A stretch of 54,293 bases of DNA, the filler included, from Perkinsus olseni (taxonomy: Eukaryota): assembly GCA_013115125.1 (NCBI GenBank). It is 2 parts of 2 records of this genome, joined end to end, with 100 filler letters (N's around TTAATTAATTAA, not from the genome) between each part and the next. Parts side by side here need not be neighbours in the genome. Positions count along the whole stretch, not along the records: positions 27,214 to 54,293 come from JABANN010000474.1; 1 more part is not named here. One strand, written 5' to 3'. The notes beneath the pieces were generated by a model. That model had not been told where the DNA came from. It did no database searches and saw only the letters and a list, made by a program, of their open reading frames with translations. Both the position numbers and the translations under genes were made by a program. Below are positions 35,818-47,821 of the stretch, one piece after another (position 1 is the first letter of the stretch; each line of letters opens with the position of its first letter).

Positions 35818-37123
35818 ATGTCTAGTAGCAGCTCTTCATCGACCGTCCCAAAGCAGCAACCATCATGGGCCAACTCCCTGGTCTCGGGGGCGAGCGCGGG
35901 GTTGGCAGTTGATATCGGTCTTTACCCAGTGGATACCATCAAAACCAGAATACAGTCCAGGCAGGGATTCTGGGCAACAGGAGGGGTAAGGGTAGCCCTT
36001 CGCTGCTGGTCCAATGATCTTCCCGTTCAGTTCCGAGGGGTGTACAGCGGAGTGGGGGCAGCGGCGTTGGGGTCAGCTCCTGCGGCTTCGTTGTTTTTCC
36101 TCACCTACGAGCAGTCCAAGTAAGTGGTCTGGTGTTGATCGCTGATGACCACTGGTGCGCTCCTGCAGGTCCCGACTGCCGTTGAAGGAGGGCTCCTTTC
36201 TGCTGCATGGCTGCTCGGCCGCCTTAGCTGAGTGTGTGGCGTGTGCGGCGAGGGTCCCTAGTGATATACTCAAACAGAATCGACAGGCCGGCCAGTTCGG
36301 GACTTACAGGGAGGTGGGGGAGGGGGTTCCTTTGCCCGGGGTTGTTCGTACTGATGCTGGTAGAAAAACGAAAAGGGGGGCAAGGCTGGCATGCGTCACT
36401 TACTGCCACACTTACCTAGTAACCATTTTCTTGAAACACCGCCCTGGAGGTCTTGTTAGATTCTACCGTATATCCTGAAGTAGTTGGCTCTCCTTTCCCT
36501 TGGTGGCAAATCCAGTAGAAAACCCGACTGGGTTGACGGGAGAAGCCCCCACACACTGTTCCTGCTTGTGGCCAGGTCGTCTCGCATATATACCGCAATT
36601 TTGGTGTTGGTGGATTCTTCACCGGCTACCTGGCTACGCTGGCCAGGGAGATCCCTTTCGGGTTCATCGAGTTCCCGATATGGGAGAAGCTGAAGGCCTA
36701 CCTGGCAAGGATGCAGGGCAGGGAGCAAGTGACGCCGTTCGGAGGTACATCGGAGTAGACGGGTAGAAGCTCTTTGGCGGGACGCTTCTTGTGTCGTTTA
36801 GGGGCGATATGCGGCGCCATTGCAGGAGGGATCGCTGCTGCCGTAACGACGCCTTTGGATGTAGTAAAGACACGAAGTATGCTGAGTATTAAGGCCACTG
36901 AGACAGGGAGCGCTCCTTTCTTGAAGACGATGTAGGAAAGGGATGGTATGGCTTGGGCGGCATAGTTGTTGTTGTTTTCAGGATGGACATAGTGAGGACG
37001 GAGGGCCCTAGAGCTCTGACTAAGGGTATGCTGCCTAGAGTCATACAAGTGTCCTCGGGGGGCATCATCTTCTTCGGTATTTATGGATGGGCTTCTGAGA
37101 TGACCAAGGCGATGGGGTTGTGA
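35818..37123 (+). CDS. Mitochondrial carrier, S-adenosylmethionine carrier (SLC25A26/PET8)-like
   Basis: Carrier signatures PVDTIKTRIQ, PSDILKQ and PLDVVKTR; SAM-carrier-like GSAPAASLFFLTYE and REIPFGFIEFPIWEKLK. Confidence 0.88.
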
Positions 37124-37252
37124 GAATCTTAGCATCGCAGCGGGCCGCGCGGGGTCGACTCGCTATAGTCGTTTCTACTGTCGTTTCTCTCGTGGTTACG
37201 GCGTCTGGAGTTGGTCAAGGAGTGGTAGGGAATCGGTCAGTTGTTTTGGTTG

Positions 37253-40207
37253 ATGTTGGTGACTAGCGGCGTGAGGAGCCCTTTTCTGGCCGTGATGGCG
37301 AGGGGTATGGCGATGGGCTCGAGGGGTGCTGCAGGCTTCCAGGCCTGGGACAACGCCAAGGTGTTTGGGATTCCACTGCCTCGAGATGGCGAGCATCAGG
37401 ACCAGAGGCAGGGCCGTCAGAGCGGCGGCAAGGTGAGAGAGATACGCTAGGTCGAACGAGTGTGGAACAGAACAGCTGTGTATCGAGGCTGAATAATAAT
37501 GCTTGTTAGAGACCGACTGATTGAGATCACAATACCCGAAATCTGTCATCTGGAACCCAATTTTTCATCTGCTGCCTTATTGTCATTCACCACTTGACTT
37601 ACGCTTGCGTCAGCGTAATAGCTTCTTATCGGGGCAAGATAGGATGGGCACAATGTACGTGATGGAGTATGTAATGGGGCTCTTAAGCTACGAGCTGTAA
37701 ATTGGGAGACCGATCAAACCGTGGGCGCCCCACGGGTCACAGTGCTCTTAGGGAAAGTCCTCTTCGGGGACGGACTACGGCCAGCATCAGTTTAAGGAGC
37801 AGCGGGATGCCGTGCTGGAGATGTAGGCTGAGCGGCAGGCGAGGCGATCGTCATGTCGGTTGCGGAAGGTATCCTTCACACATCATCACCCCGGATATAA
37901 CGACGATGCCGCTCGAGGACCCGGTGAAGCGGCCGGACCTGTGGATGCCGCGGCAAGATGATGAGGGTAGTGAAGGCGGAGCGAAGCACTTCAGGATTTC
38001 AAGTTTTTCTCGTAGTCGACGATTCAGACAAGAACGAGCGTGGATTCTGAATGGCCGTGTCGAAATATATTGGTCGGAATTCTTTCTGCTATTTCCAACC
38101 CGATTTACCGCGAGTACGGAGAGCTACTATCACTTTCTGACAGGCGACGAGTACTTTCCGAAGGCCTCGGATGTGGGGCGCTTTTTGCGGCTCCCTCGGG
38201 ATGAGCTCATGGAGCTGTTGCCGGAGGGCATGGTGAGACCTTCACATGCTGTCTGTGGTCGTTCAGCTGGGGCGTTCAGGGTGGGGAGCTGCCTAGAGAT
38301 ATCATGTTGATCAAGAGCCGACAACGGTAGGTACTATCGGATAGGTGCCGAGGATTTTGACACCATCAGGGACTTGGGAATTATGTTGAGGAAAGTTACC
38401 CTTGAGATCATGCGCCAGCTGCAGTGCCTGAGAGACAAGCCGAGCTTCCAACACGCACGAGGATGGCTGCTCGATGGAAAGAAAGGTGTCCTTAGTGGCC
38501 TGTAGGGGTGGTTGTGACTGTCCCTTTTGCAGGGTCGGGCAAGTCGGGCGTGCTGAACTTCATAGTGTGCTGGGCGAGGCTGAACGGCTGGCTCGTCGTC
38601 TATGAGCCGCTGCTCTCGCGCTACAATCGGGTGGGTCGTAGTGGCGGCGCTTTTTCCTCGAGGTTTGGTATTATAGGAAATTGCTGAAATCAAGCGGAGC
38701 AACGCCGGGCTGTACATCCAGAACGAGTTCAGCCAGCAGTTTCTGGAGAGGACGTCCATACGAAACAGAGAGTTCTTCGAACAGATGCCGGTTGATATGA
38801 GCGTTTATGGCCGGAAGTAAGACGAAATGTCGGCGGAGCGACGCAGAATTTTTGTTATTTTCGGTAGGGCGCTGGATGGCAACGATTTGAACTTCACGAG
38901 GCGACTGTATGCGCCGCTGATTGAGAAAGCTGTCAACAGGGAGATTGTGCTGAAGTTCGGCGAGGATATCGACCTTGAGCACCTCACGGCTGAGCAGATA
39001 GAGTAAAAGCGCTGGAGTGCTGTCTCGGCTTGACTGAAGTGTGCAGGTTCAAGCTGGAGCGGATGGCCCATTATAGAAGGGACGTCAAGGTGGAGAAGTT
39101 GCGGTTGTTGTGGTATGGTCATGAGTGTCCAGATACCGTCTATGACGACCCCTCTGCCGGAGCCTGGGACGTTGTGGGACATAGTCGACTTTGCCTTGGA
39201 TAATCAGGCATATGCCTGTCAAGCTGTTTATGAGTTGTTCGAGCAGCTGAAGGTAGGAATGGTTTCCGCTGGGGAGAAGGAAGGGAAGCCGCAGCGTTGG
39301 CAATACGACGGGTTCAGCTGGAAACTCGTCGCGTGAAACTGATGCTACCACTGATATGCGTCGCGAGCCGTACCGGACCCATGTTCGTGGATGACTCATC
39401 GTGAAGCGGAATTGAGAAACCCTCTGCTGAATGACGAGATTTTCGCCATGACTGTGACGTACCTAGCCTGCCCGGCTGTATGACTGTTCGCAGCATCGCT
39501 CTTCAAAGGGCTTGAGGCTACTGCCCCCTCATCGTGTGGTTGGCAGGTGCAGACGAAGTTCCCTCTACTGATTGTGTGTGATGAGTGGTGCGAGGCCTTC
39601 CCAGTCTCACACTATGTGTCAATGAGGTACGACGACGAAGCTCTTACATGAACTTTCTGACACCTCTAGCTGTCGTTTAGGTATGAAAATACCATTTACA
39701 ATGGCTACATTCCGGCATACCATCTCACAATGTCGAGGCTATTTTCGAAATGGGACGGCGATGAGTGAGGGAGCTGCCTGAGACGACCGCCCATCTGTCA
39801 TCAGATACAAGCGCGGTGTGAAGCTGTACGGGACCTCCTGGCGCTTCCGGAACCGAAGGTGAATTTTCCATTCGCGTCTGGGGACGATCTTTTTCTCAGA
39901 GACTATCGTCCTGAGCTTTGCGGTGTTCGTGATGATGAGGTGAGGACCGCACGGCTTGGACAGTGTGCCTCTAGACTGTTGATGGTCAGATGAAAACCGT
40001 GCGCAACTTTAGCAAGCATGAGTTTGCGAATTATGTTGGTTACTATCGGCTGATGAATATTCTCTTCAACTTTCCGAGGGATAAGTTGGAGTAGGGCGAC
40101 TGATTGCTGACTTCCCTCGTCTGTTCGCTGACTCTTTTAGGTACTTTTATATGCTCTCCCAGGGTAATGGCTTTCAAGCTCGACGCCTGCTCATCACGCT
40201 GTATTGA
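37253..40207 (+). CDS. DAP3: Mitochondrial small ribosomal subunit protein mS29/DAP3-like
   Basis: Presequence-like N-terminus; LLPEG; P-loop GWLLDGKK/GSGKSGVL..WARLNGWLVVY; VYELFEQLK..KFPLLIVCDEW; C-terminal YFYMLSQGNG. Layout typical of DAP3. Confidence 0.8.
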
Positions 40208-41067
40208 ATCGCCCCCGACTGTTGCCACATGTGAGGATGTTTCTAATGTAATCCAGTTTCTGCCATTAGATTATCGTAGTTATTGGAGTATTCGGGAGAG
40301 GGTGTCACTTGATAATCACTGATTGAACGGCGGCCAGAAGTGTCCGGAATCCTGGAAATCGTTTTGATTCAAGAGCTTCACGGAGTCGCTTCGTCCGGAA
40401 TCGATTGCCAGAAAAGCACAAAGGCTTGTCTATTGAGCGGGGTAAGTCCGACAGGACAGGGCGTCTCCAGTCAGGAAGGCAGACTGGAAATTTCCAAGGA
40501 TACGCCTCTTTCGGAGCTCTCCGACCGAAAGCCGCCGAAGCCATCGTGGTTTAGCCACGCACGTCTGAATGACGGGAAATATTCATGCTACAAACTCTTC
40601 CAGCACACCCAACCTTACACTTTTTGCAAGCAAGCAGAAATTTTCTCGCTCAATTCTGAAGAATTTTGCCCTTGCTTGGGAAGTGTCACGGGAATTAGTA
40701 ACTTGCCGCACTTCATTGATCGGTCAGTTTATTGGGCGAGGTTGAAGTGAGACGCGTGCGACTGTAATTGTGGGGGGCGTATGGGGACGAGACCTGAGTG
40801 GCTCCGGGATTTTACCCGTCCCTCTCCAGCCCATGTTATGTAACAGGCCTATGTTGCGAGTGTGTACAGCGATCGATCATCGCTGTTCAGGTGAGGGACA
40901 GCGTGTTTACAGCAGGCATGGTGTTGTCGTGGTCAACATGGGCGCTTCGGGAAAGACACCCTTTCGCTGACAGTCGAAGGCTTTGGCCGAAGCGCCGCAT
41001 TTCAGGGGGCGGACCTCGGGCCAGTCAGAGGTGCCCGAGTTCGTCGGCTACTGATCGTCGCGAACGA

Positions 41068-41116
41068 GGTTGGGGGAGCTCCGGTCGTCGGCACGAAAGC
41101 CTCGGCGTTCGGATTC
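41068..41116 (-). repeat. Inverted 49-bp copy of the PAM2-coding segment at 44585-44633
   Basis: Reverse complement matches 44585-44633 at 47/49 nt (NPNAEAFVPTTGAPPT vs NPNAEVFVPTTGAPPT). Confidence 0.9.
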
Positions 41117-41430
41117 CCACGTCGCGTCCATCGAGACCATTTACGCTTATAAGTTAGAGGTTTGTTGACGTAGACCTCCACGCCCGAAGGGGTTACTAAG
41201 GGAGACGATGTCGATGTTCTTTTTTCAGCGACATCACCGAAGCGTACGTTACGGAAGAGCGCTGTGCGTGAGATAGGTGCTTTAGAGACATCGACGGCAG
41301 GTGAATGTTCGAGCGCGTACGTGGTCATCGCTCGCCCGGTAGACGCAGGTATCATCGCAGTTCCATCGAGCAACGATTATTCCACGAGTCCCCTCTGCTC
41401 AGTAAGAAAGGGAATCGAACCCTGACGACG

Positions 41431-42253
41431 ATGTTGACGAAGCGGTTCATCACTGGGGTGTCGGCCGCTGCAGCTATCGGTGTCTTCACGAGTCCACTTC
41501 CCCTCGCTGCCGCTCTCGGTCTGGCAGTTGCCCCTCACAATCCTGCTAATGTAAGAGCCACTGGCTTTGTAACGCGTATCCTCGGACAACCTCAAAGATT
41601 GACCCCTTCAGGATTACCCCCCACTGGATAAGGATACCTCAAAGTTTCATGCCCACAATGCCGCTCAGTGTGTATACAGTAATTTAGTCATACACATTGT
41701 CGGTCCCTTGATAGCCACACCAAGGCGGTCGCGAAAAAGGCTCGAGATTGACGTTAACGCTACTAGCCTTCACACGATCGAAGTTCAATGTCCCGCGACT
41801 GCGAACCGCGGTGCTTTCGATATCTTGTAAGGCGCTGCTTGATGAGACTTCTCTCTTAACTTTAATCCTTGTTTCAGTTACGGTAGTAACCCTGTCCTGG
41901 CGTGGTACTCGCGTGGCAATGGAAAGGAATCCGAGCGCGACAACTACCTTTTTGCGGAGGAAGTAACTCCGAGCGGCACCGGTGTCGATCCGCTCAGTAT
42001 GCTGAGGCCGCCTAGAGACCACGCCTCCACGAGTGGTGAACTTTGGACGCGGATTGGGAAATCTGCGGGAATTGTGGAAGTTTGCTCTGCTGTGATTGAC
42101 GTTCTTGGGCGACCCGGGACTTTCAATCAGCTTTGCGGTATGTTCTACGATATCGGGGAGGACACCGTGAAGACCGCTAGGAGCGAGGGATGGATATTTA
42201 GGGGCGGCCATTGGGGTCTTAACGTTACTGAGATAACGCCATCGAAGAGATGA
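41431..42253 (+). CDS. Lineage-specific putative secreted protein, paralog 1 (3 exons)
   Basis: Hydrophobic N-terminus. Introns 41551-41611 and 41827-41877 (GTAAG..CAG) restore one frame and sit at the same positions as in paralog 2. Confidence 0.8.
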
Positions 42254-42762
42254 AATTTGGAAACTTGTTAATCTCCTTTTCTTCTGTTTTATGGACTGTG
42301 GTCAGCACTGCTGGCACAGCAGCATGTAAAAACAGAATTATGATTTATATGTGTCGTCTGCAGCTACTATGATCGTTTTGTTGCCGGGATCGGGATCAGC
42401 CTCGAAGTTCCGGGCTTCGAGATCGGTCCTCCCGTGATTTAAGCCGCTGATGAACTTTCTGCCACCTTTAGCTGTCTATGTATGAATACAATTTGTAATG
42501 GCTTCTTGACAGCAGCTAATTTCGTACCATTTCCAGGGCAAATGAAATCTTTTCCGCTCACTTCCCACGAATTTCACCCCGATAGTGCCACAGAAATAAT
42601 AACCCGAATTATCAAGATGGTTTCGCCACCGAACTTGCAGTAACATTATACGACTTTCCTTGCTTAGTCTTGAACGTCATCACTCGGCCGCTAGCTACCT
42701 TTATCAGCACAGTTCGAGCGGTCATTGTTCCTCGATAGCAGCATTCTCTCCACTCATTAAGA

Positions 42763-43567
42763 ATGAGGATGTCGATTAAGCGTCTCATCACTACGGTGTC
42801 GGCTGCCGCTGCTCTGGTGCCTGACGACACTGCTTACGTAAGAGCTATGATGTGGACGCGAATCCTCGAAGACTCGTCCGGCTCGCCCCTGGTTTTCAGG
42901 GTTACCCTCAACTGGACGAAAAGGCCTCTAAGCTGCATTCCCAGACTGCCGCTAAGTGTAAGTACGACAATGGTCCCTTGATAGCCACACCAAGGCGGTC
43001 GCGAAAAAGGCTCGAGATTGACGTTGACGCCACTAGCCTTCACACGATCGAAGTTCACTGCCCTGCAGCTGAGAACCGCAGCGCTTTTGACGTCTTGTAA
43101 GGAGCTCCTTTGTTCGCAGCAATATTTATTGTTTCAGTTACGGTGATAACCCAGTCCTGACGTGGTACTCGCGTGGCAGTAGCGGCAACGTTTCCGAGCG
43201 AAACAACTACCTCTTCGCAAAGAAAGTGACCCCGAACGACACTGGTTTTGATCCACTCAGAATACTGAGCCTCTCTGGTGACCGAAGCGCCGGACAGGGC
43301 GGTCGGCTGGGAGCGTTGATGAAAGGGGAATCCGCGGTTGAAGTTCATCAAAGGCTTTGGAGGCGGATTGGAAATTTTCCAGGAATTAAAGACGTTTGCT
43401 CTGCTGTGATTAACATTGTTGGGCAGCTCGGCACCTTCGACGAGTTATGTGGTATTTTTTATGATATCGCCCAGCAGACCGTGAGCACAGCTGAGTGGCG
43501 GGGTTGGGACTCTAAGGACGACGGATGGGGGCTCAGTATCACTGAGGTAACGCCGCCCAAAAAATGA
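42763..43567 (+). CDS. Lineage-specific putative secreted protein, paralog 2 (3 exons)
   Basis: Introns 42838-42899 and 43097-43137. Collinear with paralog 1, including conserved Cys and the W-G-L-x-x-TE-x-TP-x-K end. Confidence 0.8.
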
Positions 43568-43600
43568 ACCAGAGCTGCTGCTGCTGCTGTTGCTACTGAG

Positions 43601-43642
<42 letters not shown>
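43601..43642. repeat. (CAT)14 microsatellite
   Basis: Read directly, just 3' of paralog 2. Confidence 0.95.
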
Positions 43643-44351
43643 TAATCTTTCGTATTCCCATGGCGGAAGTGACAGAATGGTGATGATTATGATGACGTTG
43701 AAGTGCATAAATTGGTGGCTCTTTCCTTCCCCTGTGTCGTCAACAGCATGTCACGAAGAATGATATGTATAGGTGTTGTCTGTAGGTGCTATTCACCTGT
43801 TGCGTTGCCCGGGATTAGCCTCGCCTGGCTGAGTTCCGGGCTTTGGGAATGTGCAGCCTCCCTTGACGCCATCCACCGATTCCACAGTCAGGGTGGTTAA
43901 CTGTGCAGACGACGATTTGGAACCACCCTGGTTCGATCCCGGCACCCGACACTTCTCCTGTAATTTGCATTTCCTCGAAGATGGGGTTCGCTTTTCACGT
44001 CCCAGCCGAATCAGAGTAATTCTTCTTCTCTGGCTTTACCCCACCAGCGGCTCGAATGCAGCTTCTCATCGGGTTGCGCCCCTACGACCAAACACGTTTC
44101 TGGGCACCAACTTACGCACCATTAATGCCGTTCTAGATTCATCCATGACCAGCCTGGTAGTGTTAGCGTTGCCACGTTTATCAGCTGCCTTTTGGCACAC
44201 ATCACTGGTTTGGGACGCGTGTTGATTTCTGTATCGGAGGATATCTTTCGAATGGCCAACGTAATTGTCGGTGGATCTTATTATTATCATCATCAGTTCC
44301 TTGGCATCATCACTGCGTTAAAAATATTACGCTACTTCAGTTTATATTTTC

Positions 44352-44975
44352 ATGGCATCAGATTTTGGTGACTCAGTCTACACCCCTTGGCCGCCCACCA
44401 GTGGCATCCAGCCCCCCGCCTCTGGTGTGTATTCTGACACCTGGCAACTCCCAGCAAAGTTCTATCTCGCTTCAGCGCTCGCTTCGCCTACTGACGTACT
44501 GTCGGACAAGGAAACTGATGACTTCCATTGGAGCGTTGATGGTGAGAGCAACACGACCGAGCCGCTGGTGACCACCCCCAAGTTGAATCCGAATGCCGAG
44601 GTTTTCGTGCCGACGACCGGAGCTCCCCCAACCGAGACGACGCTCAACGCGGATGCTCCCGAGTTCATCCCGGGCACGACTTATGAAGAGGAAGAGGATT
44701 ATCATGGTGCTAGCTTGGATCCTGATGCACCCGAGTTCGTGCCTGGTTGCCGCTCGGTTGTGGAGGATGATGGTGACGACAGGGTTGACTCCCTGATAGC
44801 TGACTTGGCGTCGTTGTGGGTGCAAGGGCTCCATCCGGCGTTCCATGAGGACGATGAAGCGACTGCTGGCGAGGACCTTCCCGTTGAGGACGGCTCGTTG
44901 GCGTTGCTTCTGGCCGAGATCGCTTCTGATAGCAAACACTTGTCTGGCGAGGAGCCTGCGGTGGCAGAAGTATAG
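44352..44975 (+). CDS. Acidic intronless protein with three PAM2 (PABP-interacting) motifs
   Basis: LNPNAEVFVP, LNADAPEFIP and LDPDAPEFVP fit the PAM2 consensus LNxxAxEFxP. Confidence 0.8.
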   Translation: MASDFGDSVYTPWPPTSGIQPPASGVYSDTWQLPAKFYLASALASPTDVLSDKETDDFHWSVDGESNTTEPLVTTPKLNPNAEVFVPTTGAPPTETTLNADAPEFIPGTTYEEEEDYHGASLDPDAPEFVPGCRSVVEDDGDDRVDSLIADLASLWVQGLHPAFHEDDEATAGEDLPVEDGSLALLLAEIASDSKHLSGEEPAVAEV

Positions 44976-45644
44976 CAGAGCACCCAAGGTTGACCCTGGC
45001 GTTCCGCACAATTTACCCCATTTAAATACGAGGTGTGGGAATTGTTCACTGCAGCCTACTGGTGCAGTCCACCACCACCTTTGTGAATGTTTTTCTCATG
45101 CACTGAGTACTTCCTGGTCGCAGTCCTTCAGATGGTATCATCAACAACAGCAAGGCCCTCTCACTTCGACCGTCATACACCGCGGGTGTCTCGGCCACTA
45201 GGGGAGGCGGCCAGAAGGGGAGTATCAATCTTCATTTTCTCGATACTGTCATGTCGGGCTGCGTTCAGTGACTAATTCACCGGCCGGGGCGTGCTAGTAG
45301 GGTACCAGTGGTAGTGCACGGTCGCCTGTCTTGTGATGTTGGGCGGTGAAGCAGTCCGCAACTCTAGTATTGAAGGGCCTGTCGAAAATTCGTGAACACA
45401 TTTTGTGTTTACGAACTTCAGGGTTCCAGCAGGAACTTTGCCGGGAATATGCCTGAATTCATGGGCCATTCGGGGCGGCCCGCCGAAATTGGGTCATGGA
45501 GGGTGACGAAGGACAGGATGTCATATCTTTGTTGCGTGCCATTCCTTGGCACCTCACAGCTTGCTCGGTGCCTTCCATTGGTGGAGAGGTGTTCTGCAGT
45601 TGTTCCATTGGTTCTCTTCTAACTTCCTTCTCTCCTATTGGGAA

Positions 45645-46202
45645 ATGTCTCATATCACCACCTACTTTTCATCTCACGGTTTACAAGACACCACAGTGAA
45701 CGCCGAGGCTGACGACGGCCAGTTGGATCTGCTGCAGGAGTTCGCCGATTACTATAACGACCATCCTATTATACAAATGGTGGCGGAGTCCAATCCGCCT
45801 TCCATGCAAGAGCGAGGCCCTGAGGTTGCCGATTTAGCGGTGGAAGACACGGGAGACGACTTCGCCACGCTGATGACGCCTTCGGCTACTTACGGGTCGG
45901 AGAAGAGTTCCTGTTGGTCTGGAGATGCTCTGAGCTGGTCGCAGGATCTTCGATATCACCATCTGGGTCTCAACGGGGACGCTCCGGCGTTCGTGCCGGA
46001 AGCTGATCCCAAAGAGGCAGACGAGCCAGCTATGAACCCTGATGCACCGGAGTTCGTACCGGCAGGACACGAGGCCGCTGAGGTTGAAGACGAAGAGTTC
46101 ACGAGGCTAGCGCAGATGGCACTGCAGTATCAGATAGATCGAGTGAAAGAGCAGCTGAGCATTTTTATGGCCAGACTGGCCGCCGCTGGCGATGCTGCCT
46201 GA
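45645..46202 (+). CDS. Acidic intronless protein with two PAM2 motifs
   Basis: LNGDAPAFVP and MNPDAPEFVP, followed by a C-terminal helix. First ATG is at 45645. Confidence 0.75.
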   Translation: MSHITTYFSSHGLQDTTVNAEADDGQLDLLQEFADYYNDHPIIQMVAESNPPSMQERGPEVADLAVEDTGDDFATLMTPSATYGSEKSSCWSGDALSWSQDLRYHHLGLNGDAPAFVPEADPKEADEPAMNPDAPEFVPAGHEAAEVEDEEFTRLAQMALQYQIDRVKEQLSIFMARLAAAGDAA

Positions 46203-46592
46203 AGGACGCCGTCACCGCTACTCGGCTACTGCCAGGCTCCTGTTTGCTGAGACGATGAGATTGTGTGTATAAGAGACGCCCATGGTTGAATGTAAATAAC
46301 CGTGGCGCTTGTGTATTATTGGTTGTCTCCCGCTTCTTCTTCTCAGAGACGTGATGTAACGTAAGATGATATCATACGATGTGCTCAGCAGCCATCAGGT
46401 CGTTATCAAATAGAGCCCCCCCCGAGTTCCTCCGAACCTTCAGAAGCCCCTTCATGTGTATTTTAGCAACACACTAGGAATTTATTTCTCTCGCTTCGTT
46501 GGTGTAGCGTTTGTAATTTCGACTGAAGGCATTGAGACATTCCAGTTTTTGCAACAATCGGCTCGTCTTTCAGAGAGCCTCGGACCGTTCCC

Positions 46593-47644
46593 ATGCTTTG
46601 CCGTACCACCCTCCGGTGGCGACTATGCGGCATGCGGAGTGTATCGTCTATGGCAAGCGCGAAGTGTTCACATCTTAAGGTTGTGCCGGGGTTGTCGAAG
46701 CCTCTTGATACGACTCAGACGTCGATGGTGATGTGCGATACACGACCTGCCTTGATGGTTGGAGGGAGTGGCTGCGCACCGTCCGCTGGGAAGGCATACT
46801 GCTCGCAGCATGAACCCCGGTGAGACTGAGGGGTGTTCGGGTTGGGAGAGTGTCAGAACTCGTTGGTACTTCCATCTCGATAGCGCTGTAGACAGAAAAT
46901 GTTCCGATGCGGGGACTCGAACCCCGGTCGCGTGGGTGAGAGCCACGAATCCTAACCAGCTAGACTACATCGGAATGCTGATACATTTGCACTCTTAAGG
47001 GCGTCCTCGGCGCAATTTTTTTGAAATCCCTTCTCAGAGAGCTCCTAAAGGATCGTTTGAAGCTTGTGAGAGACCAGCTTGCCCTATGCGAGAAGCACCG
47101 AGGGAAAAGTACGAAGAAAGCGGAGATGATTCGGTTGAGGAGCATACGGCTCTTAGCGATGGTGAGGCTTCGACCGACCGACACTGGCCAGTATACTAGA
47201 TCGTGCGCTGCTATGACTTGACGTCCCCTCGCTGGTTCCTCGAGGGTCGCTGATCGGGCAACTCGCATGAATACCGTGCATCTTGGAACCAGCGAGAGTG
47301 TTTCAAGTCGATGGCCCATCTTTTCTGCATTCGTGTGTGCGGGGCCTTGCCGTTACCACCATCCGATGGTAGTCTTTTGCATGCCGCAGGTGCCGTACTG
47401 GCAGAGTGAGTACCTGCGTGCCATTGACTTGTCGGGCAACCCCGGTCTGCAGCAGCAGCAGCAGTTCGAGGAAGCATCCATGAGGGCGTGGAGGATGGTT
47501 TGTGAGACCGAATCGAAGGAGAACCTTGTGGAGGTGGAAGAGAAGATCATGGACGTTCTAAAGGCTACGGCACAGTTTTACGAGGACCTCTGTGGTTTGG
47601 TGGGCGTTGAAGTGCCTGCTGACTCAGCCGAGGAAGCAGGGTGA
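46593..47644 (+). CDS. Hypothetical multi-exon protein, possibly mitochondrion-targeted; hosts tRNA-Glu in an intron
   Basis: Exons join in frame across GT-AG introns (..SQHEPR|ELLKDRL..LLAM|IVRCYD..FLEA|RVFQ..LHSC|VPYWQ..AEEAG*). The N-terminus is Arg/Ser-rich with no acidic residues. Confidence 0.6.
46902..46974 (-). tRNA. tRNA-Glu (anticodon CTC)
   Basis: TCCGATG acceptor stem pairs with CATCGGA; D-arm TAGTCTAGCTGGTTAGGAT; anticodon stem CGTGG/CCACG with loop CT-CTC-AC; T-loop GGTTCGAGTCC; TTTT just downstream. Confidence 0.97.
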
Positions 47645-47821
47645 TTGTGGTGTCTCATTGCCTTCTGCGGTCGACCCAACAGCTACTGCGTACAGTGATA
47701 GACTGACTGGATATTTGATATGCTTGCTGCATTTTGAATTTACATTGTGCTGGATCTTTGGTTCGTCAATAAGTCTGGTGACTCCGCCGGACTGTAGTGA
47801 TTGAACTCATTTTGTTGAGTG

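Noticed and set aside
43445..43708. ORF with a poly-Met tract
   Set aside because: Antisense translation of the (CAT)14 microsatellite.
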